32,000 bases of DNA from contig NC_000917.1 of NCBI RefSeq assembly GCF_000008665.1, positions 1,530,001 through 1,562,000 of the forward strand, in the 5' to 3' direction. Below are positions 8,643 to 19,211 of the stretch, one piece after another. Both the position numbers and the translations under genes were made by a program. Below the pieces are notes generated by a model. The model ran no database searches. It was given only the letters and a program-made list of their open reading frames with translations, and was not told where the DNA came from. This DNA is from Archaeoglobus fulgidus DSM 4304 (GTDB lineage Archaea; Halobacteriota; Archaeoglobi; Archaeoglobales; Archaeoglobaceae). Position 1 is the first letter of the stretch. The number at the start of each line of letters is the position of its first letter.

Positions 8643-9061
8643 ATCCTCTTTCCAAAATTTTTTGCGAGAGTGAGGGCGAACCCGATGGCCTTCTGCACGT
8701 CAGGGTCCCTCAAGGCCTTCATGGCCTCCATCATCCCCATCTGCTCGTAAACCATGGACTCCTCAAAGGCATCGATTAGCCTCTTTATTACTTTGAGAAC
8801 CCTCTCATCGACGGAAAGAAGAATCTTTATCAGCATCTCGAATCTCTCGGCAATCTCCCTGATCTCGTCAGGCGTAAAGGGAACCTTGAACTCGGAGAAC
8901 TTCACTATTTCGTCAAAAACTCCCTTCCTCTCAAGTATCAGGAGCTTGTCGATAGCATCGAGAATTTCGTCGTGGTTCTCGACAACTTTCTCGAAAATCT
9001 CGTATATCGCCTCAGCTGCCTTGGCAAACTTGTCCGGGGATATATCGGTCATTCTTCGCAC
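8639..9061 (-). CDS. DUF1641-like protein
   Basis: 140 aa helical protein with '...MMEAMKALRDPDVQKAIGFALTLAKNFGK', characteristic of DUF1641. Its 3' end overlaps the convergent esterase by 4 nt. Confidence 0.65.
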   Translation of the reverse strand: MRRMTDISPDKFAKAAEAIYEIFEKVVENHDEILDAIDKLLILERKGVFDEIVKFSEFKVPFTPDEIREIAERFEMLIKILLSVDERVLKVIKRLIDAFEESMVYEQMGMMEAMKALRDPDVQKAIGFALTLAKNFGKRI

Positions 9062-9081
9062 CTAAAAATAAAAAGAGAGGT

Positions 9082-9282
9082 TTACTTCTTTTTCTTCTTG
9101 ATTACTTCCTCAAGCCTTTTTTCTAAGGGCGCCTCATGAGTGTAAGGGCACATGAGATAGTGCTCTACGGCCTTAGCTATTGCATCCTTCGTTGCATTCT
9201 CTCCCGTTTTCCTCTTTAGCTCTTCAAGCACATTTTCAGGCAGCACTGTTTGAGCGTGAACGATTTTCACCATCACTACCAC
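9082..9282 (-). CDS. Small conserved archaeal protein (DUF5371-like)
   Basis: 66 aa, 'MVKIVHAQTVLPENVLEELKRKTGENATKDAIAKAVEHYLMCPYTHEAPLEKRLEEVIKKKKK'. Ribbon-helix-helix-like appearance. Confidence 0.55.
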   Translation of the reverse strand: MVVMVKIVHAQTVLPENVLEELKRKTGENATKDAIAKAVEHYLMCPYTHEAPLEKRLEEVIKKKKK

Positions 9283-9341
9283 CTATCATTATAATGAACA
9301 CTACCATATTTAAGTTTTTCTCATAATTACAATGTTGAAAT

Positions 9342-9821
9342 TCATTTTTTGTTTCCTCTTACCATTGCCACTTTTCCGGTTCTTGCAAGCTCCTTGATGC
9401 CGTACTGCCTCATCAAGTCAATGAACGCCGAGACCTTGTCTTCATCGCCCGTGACCTCAATAATGAAGCTGTCTCTGGAGACGTCAACTATTCTCGCTCT
9501 GAAGATGTTTGTGAGCTCCACAATTTCGCCCCTCTTCTCTGGAGGTGCGTGAACTCTGATGAGGCACAGCTCTCTTTCGACAGAGCTTTCTGTAATCTCG
9601 CTGACCTTGATTGTTTCAATGAGCTTGTTCAGCTGCTTAATCACCTGCTCAACGACCTTGTCGTCTCCTTCAACGACAATCGTCATTCTTGAAAGGTCAT
9701 CTCTTTCGGTGGTGCCGACTGTCAGGCTCTCTATGTTGAAACCCCTCCTCCTGAACAGTCCCGCAACCCTCGCAAGGACTCCGGGCTTGTTCTCAACCAG
9801 AACGGCTATCGTGTGCTTCAC
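9342..9821 (-). CDS. ilvN: Acetolactate synthase small (regulatory) subunit
   Basis: '[39 protein letters not shown]...' ACT domain, directly downstream of ilvB. Confidence 0.96.
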   Translation of the reverse strand: MKHTIAVLVENKPGVLARVAGLFRRRGFNIESLTVGTTERDDLSRMTIVVEGDDKVVEQVIKQLNKLIETIKVSEITESSVERELCLIRVHAPPEKRGEIVELTNIFRARIVDVSRDSFIIEVTGDEDKVSAFIDLMRQYGIKELARTGKVAMVRGNKK

Positions 9822-9830
9822 GCTACCACC

Positions 9831-11489
9831 TCACTCCTCATCGATAATCTCGTTTAACGCCGCTCCCGGCGGGACCATCGGGAAGACGTTTGCCTGGTAG
9901 TCAACTCTGAAGTCTATGACCACCGGCGCGTCGACTTCCTTTGCCTCCTTGAGTGCATCATCGACTTCCGAAGGCTTCTCGACGGTCATGCCTATCGCAC
10001 CGAAACCCCTTGCTATGGCTTCAAATCCCGTTTTCTCGCAGCCAATGCAGGTTGCAGAGTACCTCTCTCTGTAGAACAGCTCCTGCCACTGCCTGACCAT
10101 TCCGAGGTAGCCGTTATTCAGAACCAGAACTTTCACGGGAATCTCGTACTTGACGCATGTTGCAAGCTCCTGGATGTTCATGAAGAAGCTCCCATCCCCT
10201 GCGATGTCTATAACTGTCTTTTCTGGAAACGCGACCTGTGCGCCCATCGCTGCAGGGAAGCCGAAACCCATCGTTCCCAATCCACCGCTTGTTATGAACT
10301 GCCTTGGGTACTTGGTTTTGAAAAACTGAGCAGCCCACATCTGATTCTGTCCAACCTCTGTCGTGATAATAGCGTCCGGCATAATCTCGCAGGCGCGCTC
10401 AATCACGTACTGCGGCTTGAACCCCTCCTTTTTGTACTTCAGCGGATATCTCTTCTTCCAGTCGTTCACCTTGTCCTCCCATTCTTTTCTTTGCTTGTAC
10501 TCCACGGCCTTCTTAAGCTTTGCAAGGACTTTCCTCGCATCTCCGACTATAGGGACGTCAACTCTGACGTTTTTTCCTATTTCTGCAGGATCGATGTCGA
10601 TGTGGATTATCTTTGCCTCTGGTGCGAACATCGCGACGTTTCCGGTTGTTCTGTCGCTGAACCTGCAGCCGACCGCGATAATCAAGTCGCTCTCACTCAA
10701 AGCGTAGTTTGCGTACTTCGTTCCGTGCATTCCGGCGAATCCGAGTGACAGCGGGTGTGTTTCTGGAATTGAGCCTTTTCCCATCAGCGTTGTAACAACG
10801 AAGGCCGGGATTGTTTCTGCAAGCTCGACAAGCTCCTTTGAGGCGTTTGAGATTATGACCCCACCACCGGCAAGTATAACCGGTCTCTCCGCCTTCATTA
10901 TCAGCTCGGCCGCCTTCGCTATCTGCCTCGGATGCCCCTCCAGCTTCGGCTTGTATCCCGGGAGGCTGACCTTCTTGGGGTAGTTGAAGTCTATGTCTGC
11001 GGTTGTGATGTCCTTGGGCAGGTCAACGAGAACCGGACCGGGTCTGCCGGTTGAGGCTATGTGGAAAGCCTCCTTTATCGTGCCCAGAAGGTCTTTGGTG
11101 TCCGTAACCAGGTAGTTGTGCTTGGTTATGGGCATCGTGATTCCGGTTATGTCGGCCTCCTGAAACGCATCGTTTCCGATCATGCTGGTCGGAACCTGGC
11201 CGGTGAAGACAACGAGCGGTGAGGAGTCCATGTAGGCTGTAGCTATGCCGGTAACGGTGTTCGTCGCTCCGGGTCCGGAGGTGGCGAAGGCAACCCCCAC
11301 TTTGCCGCTCGCCCTTGCGTAGCCGTCTGCCGCGTGGGTCGCACCCTGCTCGTGCCTCGTTGTTATGTGCCTTATTCCCGAATCGTAGAGCGCATCGTAG
11401 ACCTCAATAATCGCACCTCCGGGTATTCCAAACACGACCTCTATACCTTCCATCTCCAAAGCCTTGACAATGGCATCAGCAGCACGCAT
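9831..11489 (-). CDS. ilvB: Acetolactate synthase large (catalytic) subunit
   Basis: 552 aa ThDP enzyme: '[45 protein letters not shown]...', ThDP motif '[29 protein letters not shown]'. Confidence 0.97.
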   Translation of the reverse strand: MRAADAIVKALEMEGIEVVFGIPGGAIIEVYDALYDSGIRHITTRHEQGATHAADGYARASGKVGVAFATSGPGATNTVTGIATAYMDSSPLVVFTGQVPTSMIGNDAFQEADITGITMPITKHNYLVTDTKDLLGTIKEAFHIASTGRPGPVLVDLPKDITTADIDFNYPKKVSLPGYKPKLEGHPRQIAKAAELIMKAERPVILAGGGVIISNASKELVELAETIPAFVVTTLMGKGSIPETHPLSLGFAGMHGTKYANYALSESDLIIAVGCRFSDRTTGNVAMFAPEAKIIHIDIDPAEIGKNVRVDVPIVGDARKVLAKLKKAVEYKQRKEWEDKVNDWKKRYPLKYKKEGFKPQYVIERACEIMPDAIITTEVGQNQMWAAQFFKTKYPRQFITSGGLGTMGFGFPAAMGAQVAFPEKTVIDIAGDGSFFMNIQELATCVKYEIPVKVLVLNNGYLGMVRQWQELFYRERYSATCIGCEKTGFEAIARGFGAIGMTVEKPSEVDDALKEAKEVDAPVVIDFRVDYQANVFPMVPPGAALNEIIDEE

Positions 11490-11671
11490 TTAAAACCACC
11501 TCTAACTCCTTTAGAAAAGAAGTAAAAGCTGTACTACAATGAACTCTTTTCCAGAGAACTTTTTCATCACTCCCACCACCAGCATGCGCTTTAAAAAGTT
11601 TTGGTTCGCCCAGGCAAGGTAATTGCACTGCTGCAAGCTAAGTTTTAAAAACTACTTACCTTTGTAGGAAA

Positions 11672-13258
11672 GTGTTAACCAGAAAGGTTCTGCTCGTTGG
11701 TGGAGGAGTTTTGGTCGTTTCAGTTATTGTTATCTACGCCGGACTGTACTTTGCCACTCAATCCTTGTTTGACCATATTGACGTTAACAACGCGTTAAAC
11801 AGGGCTGAATTGGTTCATTCAGCACTTTTTCATGAGGTTGATGCGATAGATTCCTTCTGTGCGGACTGGGCCGAGTGGGATGACACTTACAATTTCGTAC
11901 TAAATCGAAACATGGACTACGTTGAATCAAATCTTGTTGATGAAACCTTTCCAACTCTGAATGTAAACTATATCGTCTATCTCGACAGAAACGGAGAGGT
12001 GGTGCTTGCAAAGGGTTATGATCTGGAAAACGAAACAGCCATGAACCCCTCTCAGCCGCTGATTGAGCGGTTCAGGGAACTCTCCGCCAGAAACGATTTG
12101 GACGTCAAGAAGGGCTTTTTGAGGTTTGATAACTCCATTTACGCCTTCTCGGCCAGACCGATCCTGAGGAGCGACGAGACCGGCCCGTACGCTGGGACTC
12201 TAATCTTTGCGCGAATCGTGGACGACTCTTTTATCCAAAGCCCATCGAAAATTGCAGGTTTGAGCTTCAAAATACTGCCGGTACCAAAGGAGAAGAGTGT
12301 AAAATTTGTGAACGAAAGCGCGTTGCTGGTTGAATTTCCTCTTGAGGATTACAGCGGAAGGGTTGTAGGAACAATCGAGTTTTACGCCGAAAGGGAGGCT
12401 CTTGGAATTCTCAGCTCGCTTTACCTGCCTTTGGCATTTGCGGGTACAGCTGTTGGCATTCTGGTGGTTCTTGGCTACCTCCTTTTCGTTAAAAGGGCTG
12501 TGGTGGACAGGGTTGAGAGGCTGGCTGAGAGTCTGGGCAGAATTATGGAGAAAGGTGCGGGAAGGGTGGAGGTTGAGGGCTGTGACGAAATCACTCTGCT
12601 GGAGAAGAGGATAAATGAGCTTCTCGATGCAATCTCAGGCAAGATTGAGGAAGTTGAGGAGCTGAACCAGAACTTAAGGTTGGTAAACAAGTTGATGAGG
12701 CACGATATTCTGAACGACCTCACGTCAATACAGCTGGCCGTGGAGGTTCTGAAGGAGGAGGGAATGAATGATGGAATGGTAATGAACATTGAGAGGTCTG
12801 TCAGCAGGATTGCAGACTTGATAAGGAGGGTGAGAACTCTTGAGGAGATAATGGGGCGCGAAGCCGAACTCGTGGAAATTGACTTGAAAGACATCATAGA
12901 GGAAATTGCGGAGAAGTACAATGTGGAGGTGGAGGTTGAGGGAGAGACGATGTTTATGGCCGACAAGAACGTGGTTTCGGTGTTTGACAACCTGATTTCA
13001 AATTCGGTAAGGCACGGCAATGCGGACAAAGTCTTCATAAGAGGGGAGAAGAGGAACGGAAAGTGCTACGTTACCTTCTCAGACAACGGAAGTGGGATTC
13101 CCGAGGAGATTTCTGACAGAATTTTTGAGGAGGGTTTCAGCACGAAGGGGAGTGGTCTGGGGCTTTACATCGTTAAAAAGCTGATGAGCAGATATGGCGG
13201 GGAGATAAGGCTTTTGTCAGCCAGTCCGGCAACTTTCCAGTTAGTGTTTAAATGTTAG
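11672..13258 (+). CDS. Membrane sensor histidine kinase with CHASE4-like extracellular domain, HAMP, HisKA and HATPase_c domains
   Basis: N-terminal TM; 'HSALFHEVDAIDSFCADWAEWDDTYNFV' (CHASE4-like); second TM; 'MRHDILNDLTSIQLAVEVL' H-box; N-box 'VFDNLISNSVRHG'; G-boxes 'FSDNGSGIPEE' and 'GSGLGLYIVKKLM'. Confidence 0.92.
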   Translation: MLTRKVLLVGGGVLVVSVIVIYAGLYFATQSLFDHIDVNNALNRAELVHSALFHEVDAIDSFCADWAEWDDTYNFVLNRNMDYVESNLVDETFPTLNVNYIVYLDRNGEVVLAKGYDLENETAMNPSQPLIERFRELSARNDLDVKKGFLRFDNSIYAFSARPILRSDETGPYAGTLIFARIVDDSFIQSPSKIAGLSFKILPVPKEKSVKFVNESALLVEFPLEDYSGRVVGTIEFYAEREALGILSSLYLPLAFAGTAVGILVVLGYLLFVKRAVVDRVERLAESLGRIMEKGAGRVEVEGCDEITLLEKRINELLDAISGKIEEVEELNQNLRLVNKLMRHDILNDLTSIQLAVEVLKEEGMNDGMVMNIERSVSRIADLIRRVRTLEEIMGREAELVEIDLKDIIEEIAEKYNVEVEVEGETMFMADKNVVSVFDNLISNSVRHGNADKVFIRGEKRNGKCYVTFSDNGSGIPEEISDRIFEEGFSTKGSGLGLYIVKKLMSRYGGEIRLLSASPATFQLVFKC

Positions 13259-13444
13259 AAAGATTTATATGGTGAATGTGTTAATGATGATTAGGAATAC
13301 CAGCACCAATCCCCGCATACCCCCAATTTTTTAATCTCTATTAATTATAGGTTTTCGCTGCGGAGAGGCAAAGAATAGAAAAGAGCCATTATATTCATTT
13401 CACCATCCAGAAAGCTTATTTTGCGTGTTACTCAGTGTTGAAAG

Positions 13445-16400
13445 ATGGATGCAACTCTTGACAGGTTCTTCCCATTGTTTGAATCTGAGTCCAATGAGGA
13501 TTTCTGGAGGATTGAGGAAATCAGAAGGTATCACGAGTCCTTAATGGTTGAACTTGATAGAATTTACAGGATTGCGGAGGCTGCAAGGAAGAAGGGGCTT
13601 GACCCCGAGCTGAGCGTTGAGATTCCGATTGCGAAGAACATGGCGGAGAGAGTTGAAAAGCTGATGAATTTGCAGGGTTTGGCGAAACGCATAATGGAGC
13701 TTGAGGAGGGGGGATTGAGCAGGGAGCTCATCTGCTTTAAGGTTGCCGACGAAATTGTTGAGGGCAAGTTTGGAGAAATGCCTAAGGAGGAGGCAATTGA
13801 CAAAGCCGTCAGAACCGCCGTTGCGATAATGACCGAAGGTGTTGTGGCTGCACCAATTGAGGGCATTGCGAGGGTTAGAATCGACAGGGAGAACTTCCTT
13901 CGGGTTTACTATGCAGGCCCGATCAGAAGCGCTGGTGGGACGGCTCAGGTTATTTCCGTTCTTGTTGCTGATTATGTGAGGAGAAAGGCCGAAATTGGCA
14001 GGTACGTGCCTACAGAGGAGGAAATTCTGAGGTACTGTGAGGAGATTCCCCTTTACAAAAAGGTTGCAAACCTTCAGTACCTCCCGAGCGATGAGGAAAT
14101 CAGGCTTATCGTTTCTAACTGTCCGATATGCATCGACGGTGAGCCGACGGAAAGTGCCGAGGTTTCCGGCTACAGGAATCTGCCGAGGGTGGAGACGAAC
14201 AGAGTTAGGGGAGGAATGGCACTCGTTATTGCGGAGGGGATTGCGCTAAAGGCTCCAAAGCTTAAGAAGATGGTCGATGAGGTTGGCATAGAGGGCTGGG
14301 AGTGGCTCGATGCGTTGATTAAGGGGGGAGGGGATAGCGGTAGTGAGGAGGAGAAGGCAGTAATCAAGCCGAAGGACAAGTATCTTTCCGATATTGTTGC
14401 TGGAAGACCAGTCCTTAGCCATCCGTCCAGAAAGGGCGGATTCAGGCTCCGCTACGGAAGGGCGAGAAACTCAGGCTTCGCCACCGTCGGAGTAAACCCC
14501 GCAACGATGTACCTTCTCGAGTTTGTTGCTGTCGGCACGCAGCTTAAGGTTGAGAGACCCGGAAAGGCCGGAGGTGTTGTGCCGGTCTCGACCATTGAGG
14601 GTCCGACCGTCAGGCTCAAAAACGGGGATGTGGTTAAAATCAACACTCTGAGCGAGGCGAAGGCTTTAAAGGGGGAAGTTGCGGCAATTCTCGACCTCGG
14701 GGAAATTCTGATTAACTACGGCGATTTTCTTGAGAACAACCACCCCCTGATTCCCGCATCCTACACATACGAGTGGTGGATTCAGGAGGCTGAAAAGGCC
14801 GGTTTGAGGGGGGACTACAGAAAGATAAGCGAAGAGGAGGCTTTAAAGCTGTGCGACGAGTTCCACGTGCCGCTGCATCCGGATTACACCTACTTGTGGC
14901 ACGACATAAGCGTTGAGGATTACAGGTATCTGCGAAACTTCGTCTCGGACAATGGGAAAATAGAGGGGAAGCACGGAAAGAGCGTGCTGCTCCTACCCTA
15001 CGATTCCAGAGTAAAGGAGATTTTGGAAGCTCTGCTTCTGGAGCACAAGGTCAGGGAGTCCTTCATCGTTATAGAAACCTGGAGGGCCTTCATCAGGTGC
15101 CTCGGGCTGGATGAGAAGCTCTCAAAGGTTTCGGAAGTTTCTGGAAAGGATGTTCTTGAAATCGTGAACGGCATTTCTGGAATAAAGGTAAGGCCGAAAG
15201 CCCTGTCGAGGATAGGGGCGAGGATGGGAAGGCCAGAAAAGGCCAAGGAAAGGAAGATGAGCCCTCCCCCTCACATTCTTTTCCCCGTCGGCATGGCGGG
15301 AGGGAACACGAGAGACATAAAGAACGCAATAAACTACACAAAGAGCTACAACGCGAAAAAAGGCGAAATAGAGGTGGAGATTGCAATCAGGAAGTGCCCG
15401 CAATGCGGAAAGGAGACCTTCTGGCTCAAGTGCGACGTTTGTGGTGAGCTTACAGAGCAGCTCTACTACTGCCCGTCCTGCAGGATGAAGAACACCTCAA
15501 GCGTCTGCGAGAGCTGTGGCAGAGAGTGTGAGGGGTACATGAAGAGAAAGGTTGACCTCAGGGAGCTTTACGAGGAGGCAATAGCAAACCTCGGCGAATA
15601 CGACTCCTTTGATACGATAAAAGGAGTGAAGGGAATGACATCCAAAACGAAAATTCCAGAGAGACTCGAAAAGGGGATACTGAGGGTCAAGCACGGCGTT
15701 TTTGTGTTCAAAGATGGTACGGCAAGGTTCGACGCAACGGACCTTCCGATAACGCACTTCAAACCAGCGGAAATTGGTGTAAGCGTTGAGAAGCTGAGGG
15801 AGCTTGGTTACGAGAGGGACTACAAGGGAGCGGAGCTGAAAAATGAGAACCAGATTGTTGAGCTCAAACCGCAGGATGTGATACTGCCGAAGAGTGGAGC
15901 GGAGTACCTGCTCAGGGTGGCGAACTTCATAGACGATTTGCTGGTTAAGTTTTACAAAATGGAACCCTTTTACAACGCTAAAAGCGTTGAAGACCTCATC
16001 GGACACCTGGTTATAGGACTCGCTCCCCACACCTCGGCAGGGGTGCTGGGCAGAATAATAGGATTCTCAGACGTTCTTGCTGGCTACGCGCATCCGTACT
16101 TCCACGCGGCAAAGAGGAGGAACTGCGACGGTGATGAGGACTGCTTCATGCTCTTGCTCGACGGCCTGCTGAACTTCTCTCGAAAGTTCCTCCCCGACAA
16201 GCGAGGAGGGCAGATGGACGCACCTCTCGTTTTGACAGCCATAGTCGATCCGAGGGAGGTCGACAAGGAGGTTCACAACATGGACATAGTGGAGCGCTAC
16301 CCTCTTGAGTTCTATGAAGCTACGATGAGGTTCGCCAGCCCCAAGGAGATGGAGGACTACGTTGAGAAGGTAAAGGACAGGTTAAAGGATGAAAGCCGTT

Positions 16401-16876
16401 TCTGCGGGCTTTTCTTCACCCACGACACGGAGAACATTGCTGCGGGAGTGAAGGAGAGCGCATACAAATCCCTGAAAACGATGCAGGATAAGGTTTACAG
16501 GCAGATGGAGCTCGCTAGAATGATTGTAGCTGTTGATGAACACGATGTGGCCGAGAGGGTTATAAACGTGCACTTCCTGCCCGACATTATCGGCAACCTG
16601 AGAGCCTTCTCAAGACAGGAGTTCCGCTGTACAAGGTGCAACACGAAGTACCGCAGAATCCCCCTTGTGGGGAAGTGCTTGAAGTGCGGTAACAAGCTCA
16701 CGCTTACGGTGCACAGCAGCTCCATAATGAAGTATCTCGAGCTGTCCAAGTTTCTCTGCGAAAACTTCAACGTTTCCAGCTACACCAAGCAGAGACTAAT
16801 GCTTCTCGAGCAGGAAATAAAATCTATGTTCGAAAATGGTACTGAAAAGCAAGTGTCAATATCCGATTTCGTTTGA
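13445..16876 (+). CDS. polC: DNA polymerase D (family D) large catalytic subunit DP2, no intein
   Basis: 1143 aa with typical DP2 blocks 'AGPIRSAGGTAQVISVLVADYVRRK', 'RMGRPEKAKERKMSPPPHILFPVG', 'KRRNCDGDEDCFMLLLDGLLNFSRKFLPDKRGGQMDAPLVLT', plus zinc-finger cysteine clusters (CPQC/CDVC/CPSC/CESC, CTRC/CLKC). Confidence 0.97.
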   Translation: MDATLDRFFPLFESESNEDFWRIEEIRRYHESLMVELDRIYRIAEAARKKGLDPELSVEIPIAKNMAERVEKLMNLQGLAKRIMELEEGGLSRELICFKVADEIVEGKFGEMPKEEAIDKAVRTAVAIMTEGVVAAPIEGIARVRIDRENFLRVYYAGPIRSAGGTAQVISVLVADYVRRKAEIGRYVPTEEEILRYCEEIPLYKKVANLQYLPSDEEIRLIVSNCPICIDGEPTESAEVSGYRNLPRVETNRVRGGMALVIAEGIALKAPKLKKMVDEVGIEGWEWLDALIKGGGDSGSEEEKAVIKPKDKYLSDIVAGRPVLSHPSRKGGFRLRYGRARNSGFATVGVNPATMYLLEFVAVGTQLKVERPGKAGGVVPVSTIEGPTVRLKNGDVVKINTLSEAKALKGEVAAILDLGEILINYGDFLENNHPLIPASYTYEWWIQEAEKAGLRGDYRKISEEEALKLCDEFHVPLHPDYTYLWHDISVEDYRYLRNFVSDNGKIEGKHGKSVLLLPYDSRVKEILEALLLEHKVRESFIVIETWRAFIRCLGLDEKLSKVSEVSGKDVLEIVNGISGIKVRPKALSRIGARMGRPEKAKERKMSPPPHILFPVGMAGGNTRDIKNAINYTKSYNAKKGEIEVEIAIRKCPQCGKETFWLKCDVCGELTEQLYYCPSCRMKNTSSVCESCGRECEGYMKRKVDLRELYEEAIANLGEYDSFDTIKGVKGMTSKTKIPERLEKGILRVKHGVFVFKDGTARFDATDLPITHFKPAEIGVSVEKLRELGYERDYKGAELKNENQIVELKPQDVILPKSGAEYLLRVANFIDDLLVKFYKMEPFYNAKSVEDLIGHLVIGLAPHTSAGVLGRIIGFSDVLAGYAHPYFHAAKRRNCDGDEDCFMLLLDGLLNFSRKFLPDKRGGQMDAPLVLTAIVDPREVDKEVHNMDIVERYPLEFYEATMRFASPKEMEDYVEKVKDRLKDESRFCGLFFTHDTENIAAGVKESAYKSLKTMQDKVYRQMELARMIVAVDEHDVAERVINVHFLPDIIGNLRAFSRQEFRCTRCNTKYRRIPLVGKCLKCGNKLTLTVHSSSIMKYLELSKFLCENFNVSSYTKQRLMLLEQEIKSMFENGTEKQVSISDFV

Positions 16877-16912
16877 CAATAGTAATATATAGTTTGAAGT
16901 CAAAACTCACCT

Positions 16913-17329
16913 GTGGACGAGAAGGATTTGAAAATAATCGAGCTGCTCGTAAGCAACGCGAGGATTCCGAAAACGAGGATTGCAAAGGAGCTAAACGTGA
17001 CAGAGGCGGCTGTTAGAAAGAGAATAGCGAATCTGGAGAGAAGAGAGGAGATTCTGGGCTACAAGGCAATCATCAACTACAAAAAGGTTGGCCTTAGCGC
17101 CTCGCTCACAGGTGTTGATGTTGACCCAGATAAACTTTGGAAGGTTGTTGAGGAGCTCAAGGACCTTGAAAGCGTCAAGTCGCTCTGGCTCACCACTGGA
17201 GACCACACGATAATGGCGGAAATCATAGCAAAGTCGGTTCAGGAGCTTTCAGAAATTCACCAGAAAATAGCGGAGATGGAAGGGGTTAAGAGAGTCTGCC
17301 CCTCAATAATAACGGATATCGTAAAGTAG
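16913..17329 (+). CDS. Lrp/AsnC-family transcriptional regulator
   Basis: 138 aa. N-terminal HTH 'DEKDLKIIELLVSNARIPKTRIAKELNVTEAAVRKRIANLERREEILGY' and C-terminal RAM/ACT-like domain. Confidence 0.93.
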   Translation: MDEKDLKIIELLVSNARIPKTRIAKELNVTEAAVRKRIANLERREEILGYKAIINYKKVGLSASLTGVDVDPDKLWKVVEELKDLESVKSLWLTTGDHTIMAEIIAKSVQELSEIHQKIAEMEGVKRVCPSIITDIVK

Positions 17330-17355
17330 ATTAGCCTTTGCGAAGAGTTCGAGCA

Positions 17356-18273
17356 ATGGAGGAGAAATTCAGAAACTGCATTCTTGGCCTGGCAGTTGGT
17401 GATGCCCTCGGAATGCCCGTTGAGGGGCTCTCAATCGAAAATATAAGGCAGCTGTACGGGGAGGTAAGGGACTTCCTTCCCTCACCCTATGGCGATTTGA
17501 ATGCGGGAGAATGGACGGATGATACCGAGCAAATGGTCGTTCTTGCCGAATCAATTCTCGAAACCGTTTACTTCGATCCGGAAAATTTTGCAGAGAGGCT
17601 GAAGAGGTGGTTTCTTGAAACCAACAGCAGGAGAATCGGGCCGAGCTCGACCAAAGCGATATCGAACCTGATGAGAGGTGTTCACTGGACGAGAGCGGGA
17701 GTTTTCAGCGACACGTGCGGAGCGGCGATGAGGGTTGCGCCGATAGGGCTGGTTTACCATTTCAGCCTGAACCTGGTTGAGAGGTATGCGGAGATTTCCG
17801 CAAGAGTTACACACACCGGAACTGCAGCGATAGGAGGTGCCGTTGCGGTTGCAGTGGCAATAGCTTGCAACGTTCTGGATTTCAGCGACGAGGAGATGCT
17901 CGAAGAGGTTTTGAGAAGGGTTGAGGCCTACGACAACCTTCTTGCGGAGAAAATAAGGTATGCGAACGAGATTTCCGATAGAGATGTGGAATACGCAGTC
18001 GAAAAGCTTGGAAACAGCATATCTTCCCTCGACGTCGTTCCCATGGCTTTTTACTCCTACTTTGCGGGAAAAGACTTTGAAGAGTCGCTGATAAAAGCCG
18101 TTAACGCCGGCGGAGATGCGGACTCAATTGCGGCGATATGCGGGGCGATTAAAGGGGCGAAGGGATTTGCAATTCCCGAGAGGTGGCTTGAGGGGCTGAA
18201 AGACAGAGAGTTCCTAGAGGAGCTGGCGACGAAGCTCTACGAATTGCACATGAGAATTGTTAAGCTCACTTAA
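17356..18273 (+). CDS. ADP-ribosylglycohydrolase (DraG/ARH family)
   Basis: 'CILGLAVGDALGMPVEG', metal-site motif 'GEWTDDTEQM' and C-terminal 'AGGDADSIAAICGAIKGAKGF' are diagnostic. The ORF track starts at 17338; the ATG at 17356 (MEEKFRNC...) is preferred. Confidence 0.9.
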   Translation: MEEKFRNCILGLAVGDALGMPVEGLSIENIRQLYGEVRDFLPSPYGDLNAGEWTDDTEQMVVLAESILETVYFDPENFAERLKRWFLETNSRRIGPSSTKAISNLMRGVHWTRAGVFSDTCGAAMRVAPIGLVYHFSLNLVERYAEISARVTHTGTAAIGGAVAVAVAIACNVLDFSDEEMLEEVLRRVEAYDNLLAEKIRYANEISDRDVEYAVEKLGNSISSLDVVPMAFYSYFAGKDFEESLIKAVNAGGDADSIAAICGAIKGAKGFAIPERWLEGLKDREFLEELATKLYELHMRIVKLT

Positions 18274-19211
18274 TCAATCCTGCATTCATCGGGACTTTTG
18301 TCCTCTCTCAGTCTCAGAAACACCGGTGCTCTGAGCTTCCCGTCTTCGGTGAACTCGAGGAACTCCACCTCGCAGACGTATCTCGGCTTAACCCAGTGAA
18401 CGTTTTTGGTCTCGATTTCGAAGTGCGGCTTTGCAACCTCTATTTCCCTCAACCTCTCCGAGAACCAGTTCAGAAACTCAGAATCAAAGCCGGTACCAAC
18501 GTTGCCGACATGTTTAAGCCTTCCATCCTCGTAAACAGCCAGAACGAGGGAGCCAAAGGTCTTTGCCCTCTCTCCCTCTCCCTCAATCCATCCCACTATA
18601 ACGCAGTCCAGTGTGTTCCTCTTCTTTATCTTCTTCCAGAGTCTGCTCCTTTTGCCTATCAAGTATCTTCCATCCTTTTTCTTTGCTACAATCCCTTCAA
18701 GCCCCATTTCCACCGCTTTTCTGTAGAACTCCTCCCCTTTACCTTCAATCCACTCCTCCACCACAACCCTTCCCCTGCTTTGGAGAACTTCGGAGAGTAT
18801 CTTCTTCCTCTCCATCAGCTCCAAATCCACAACCCAGCCGTCGCAGTAAAGAACGTCGAAAACTATGTAAACTGCGGGAATGGTTTTGCTGAGAATCTCA
18901 ATCTTGAATCTGCTGTCCACATGCTCTCTTTTCTGCAGAAGAGGGAAGGAGGGCTTACCGTCCTTTATCACAACAACCTCACCGTCGAGAATCGCGTTTC
19001 TCTCGACAGCATCCAGCAGTTTAATCTCGGGGTAGCGGTAGGTTATGTCCAGTAGCCTTCTGTTCTGCAGCCTGACCCTCTTTCCCTCCACATCAACGAA
19101 AGCGAGGCACCTCGTTCCATCCCACTTAACCTCGTAAATGTGGTCGTCGCTGCTGAAGGGCTTTGACCTGACAGCAAGCATCGGCTTGATTTTTTTATCG
19201 AACCAGCTCAT
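18270..19211 (-). CDS. ATP-dependent DNA ligase, LigD-type (NHEJ ligase domain)
   Basis: 313 aa. Adenylation motif I 'YEVKWDGTRCLAF'; motif III 'YIVFDVLYCDG'; motif IV 'GLEGIVAKKKDGRYLIGKRSRLWKKIKK'; OB-fold 'VGNVGTGFD'. Sits directly downstream of Ku. Confidence 0.93.
   Translation of the reverse strand: MSWFDKKIKPMLAVRSKPFSSDDHIYEVKWDGTRCLAFVDVEGKRVRLQNRRLLDITYRYPEIKLLDAVERNAILDGEVVVIKDGKPSFPLLQKREHVDSRFKIEILSKTIPAVYIVFDVLYCDGWVVDLELMERKKILSEVLQSRGRVVVEEWIEGKGEEFYRKAVEMGLEGIVAKKKDGRYLIGKRSRLWKKIKKRNTLDCVIVGWIEGEGERAKTFGSLVLAVYEDGRLKHVGNVGTGFDSEFLNWFSERLREIEVAKPHFEIETKNVHWVKPRYVCEVEFLEFTEDGKLRAPVFLRLREDKSPDECRID

Noticed and set aside
13259-13444. Possible C/D-box-like RNA (aatgatgat) preceded by a TATA-like tttatat
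   Set aside because: The RTGATGA-like box is present but I see no CTGA D box at a sensible distance and no clear fold. It may just be the polymerase D promoter/leader region or a terminator for the kinase gene.
15497-16030. Minus-strand ORF of 177 aa and other antisense ORFs within the polymerase D gene
   Set aside because: The plus strand is unambiguously DP2, so these are shadow ORFs in GC-biased coding sequence.
13445-16876. Possible intein in the polymerase D large subunit
   Set aside because: The conserved DP2 blocks run continuously and the length (1143 aa) fits an intein-free protein; no Cys/Ser...HN splice block was seen.
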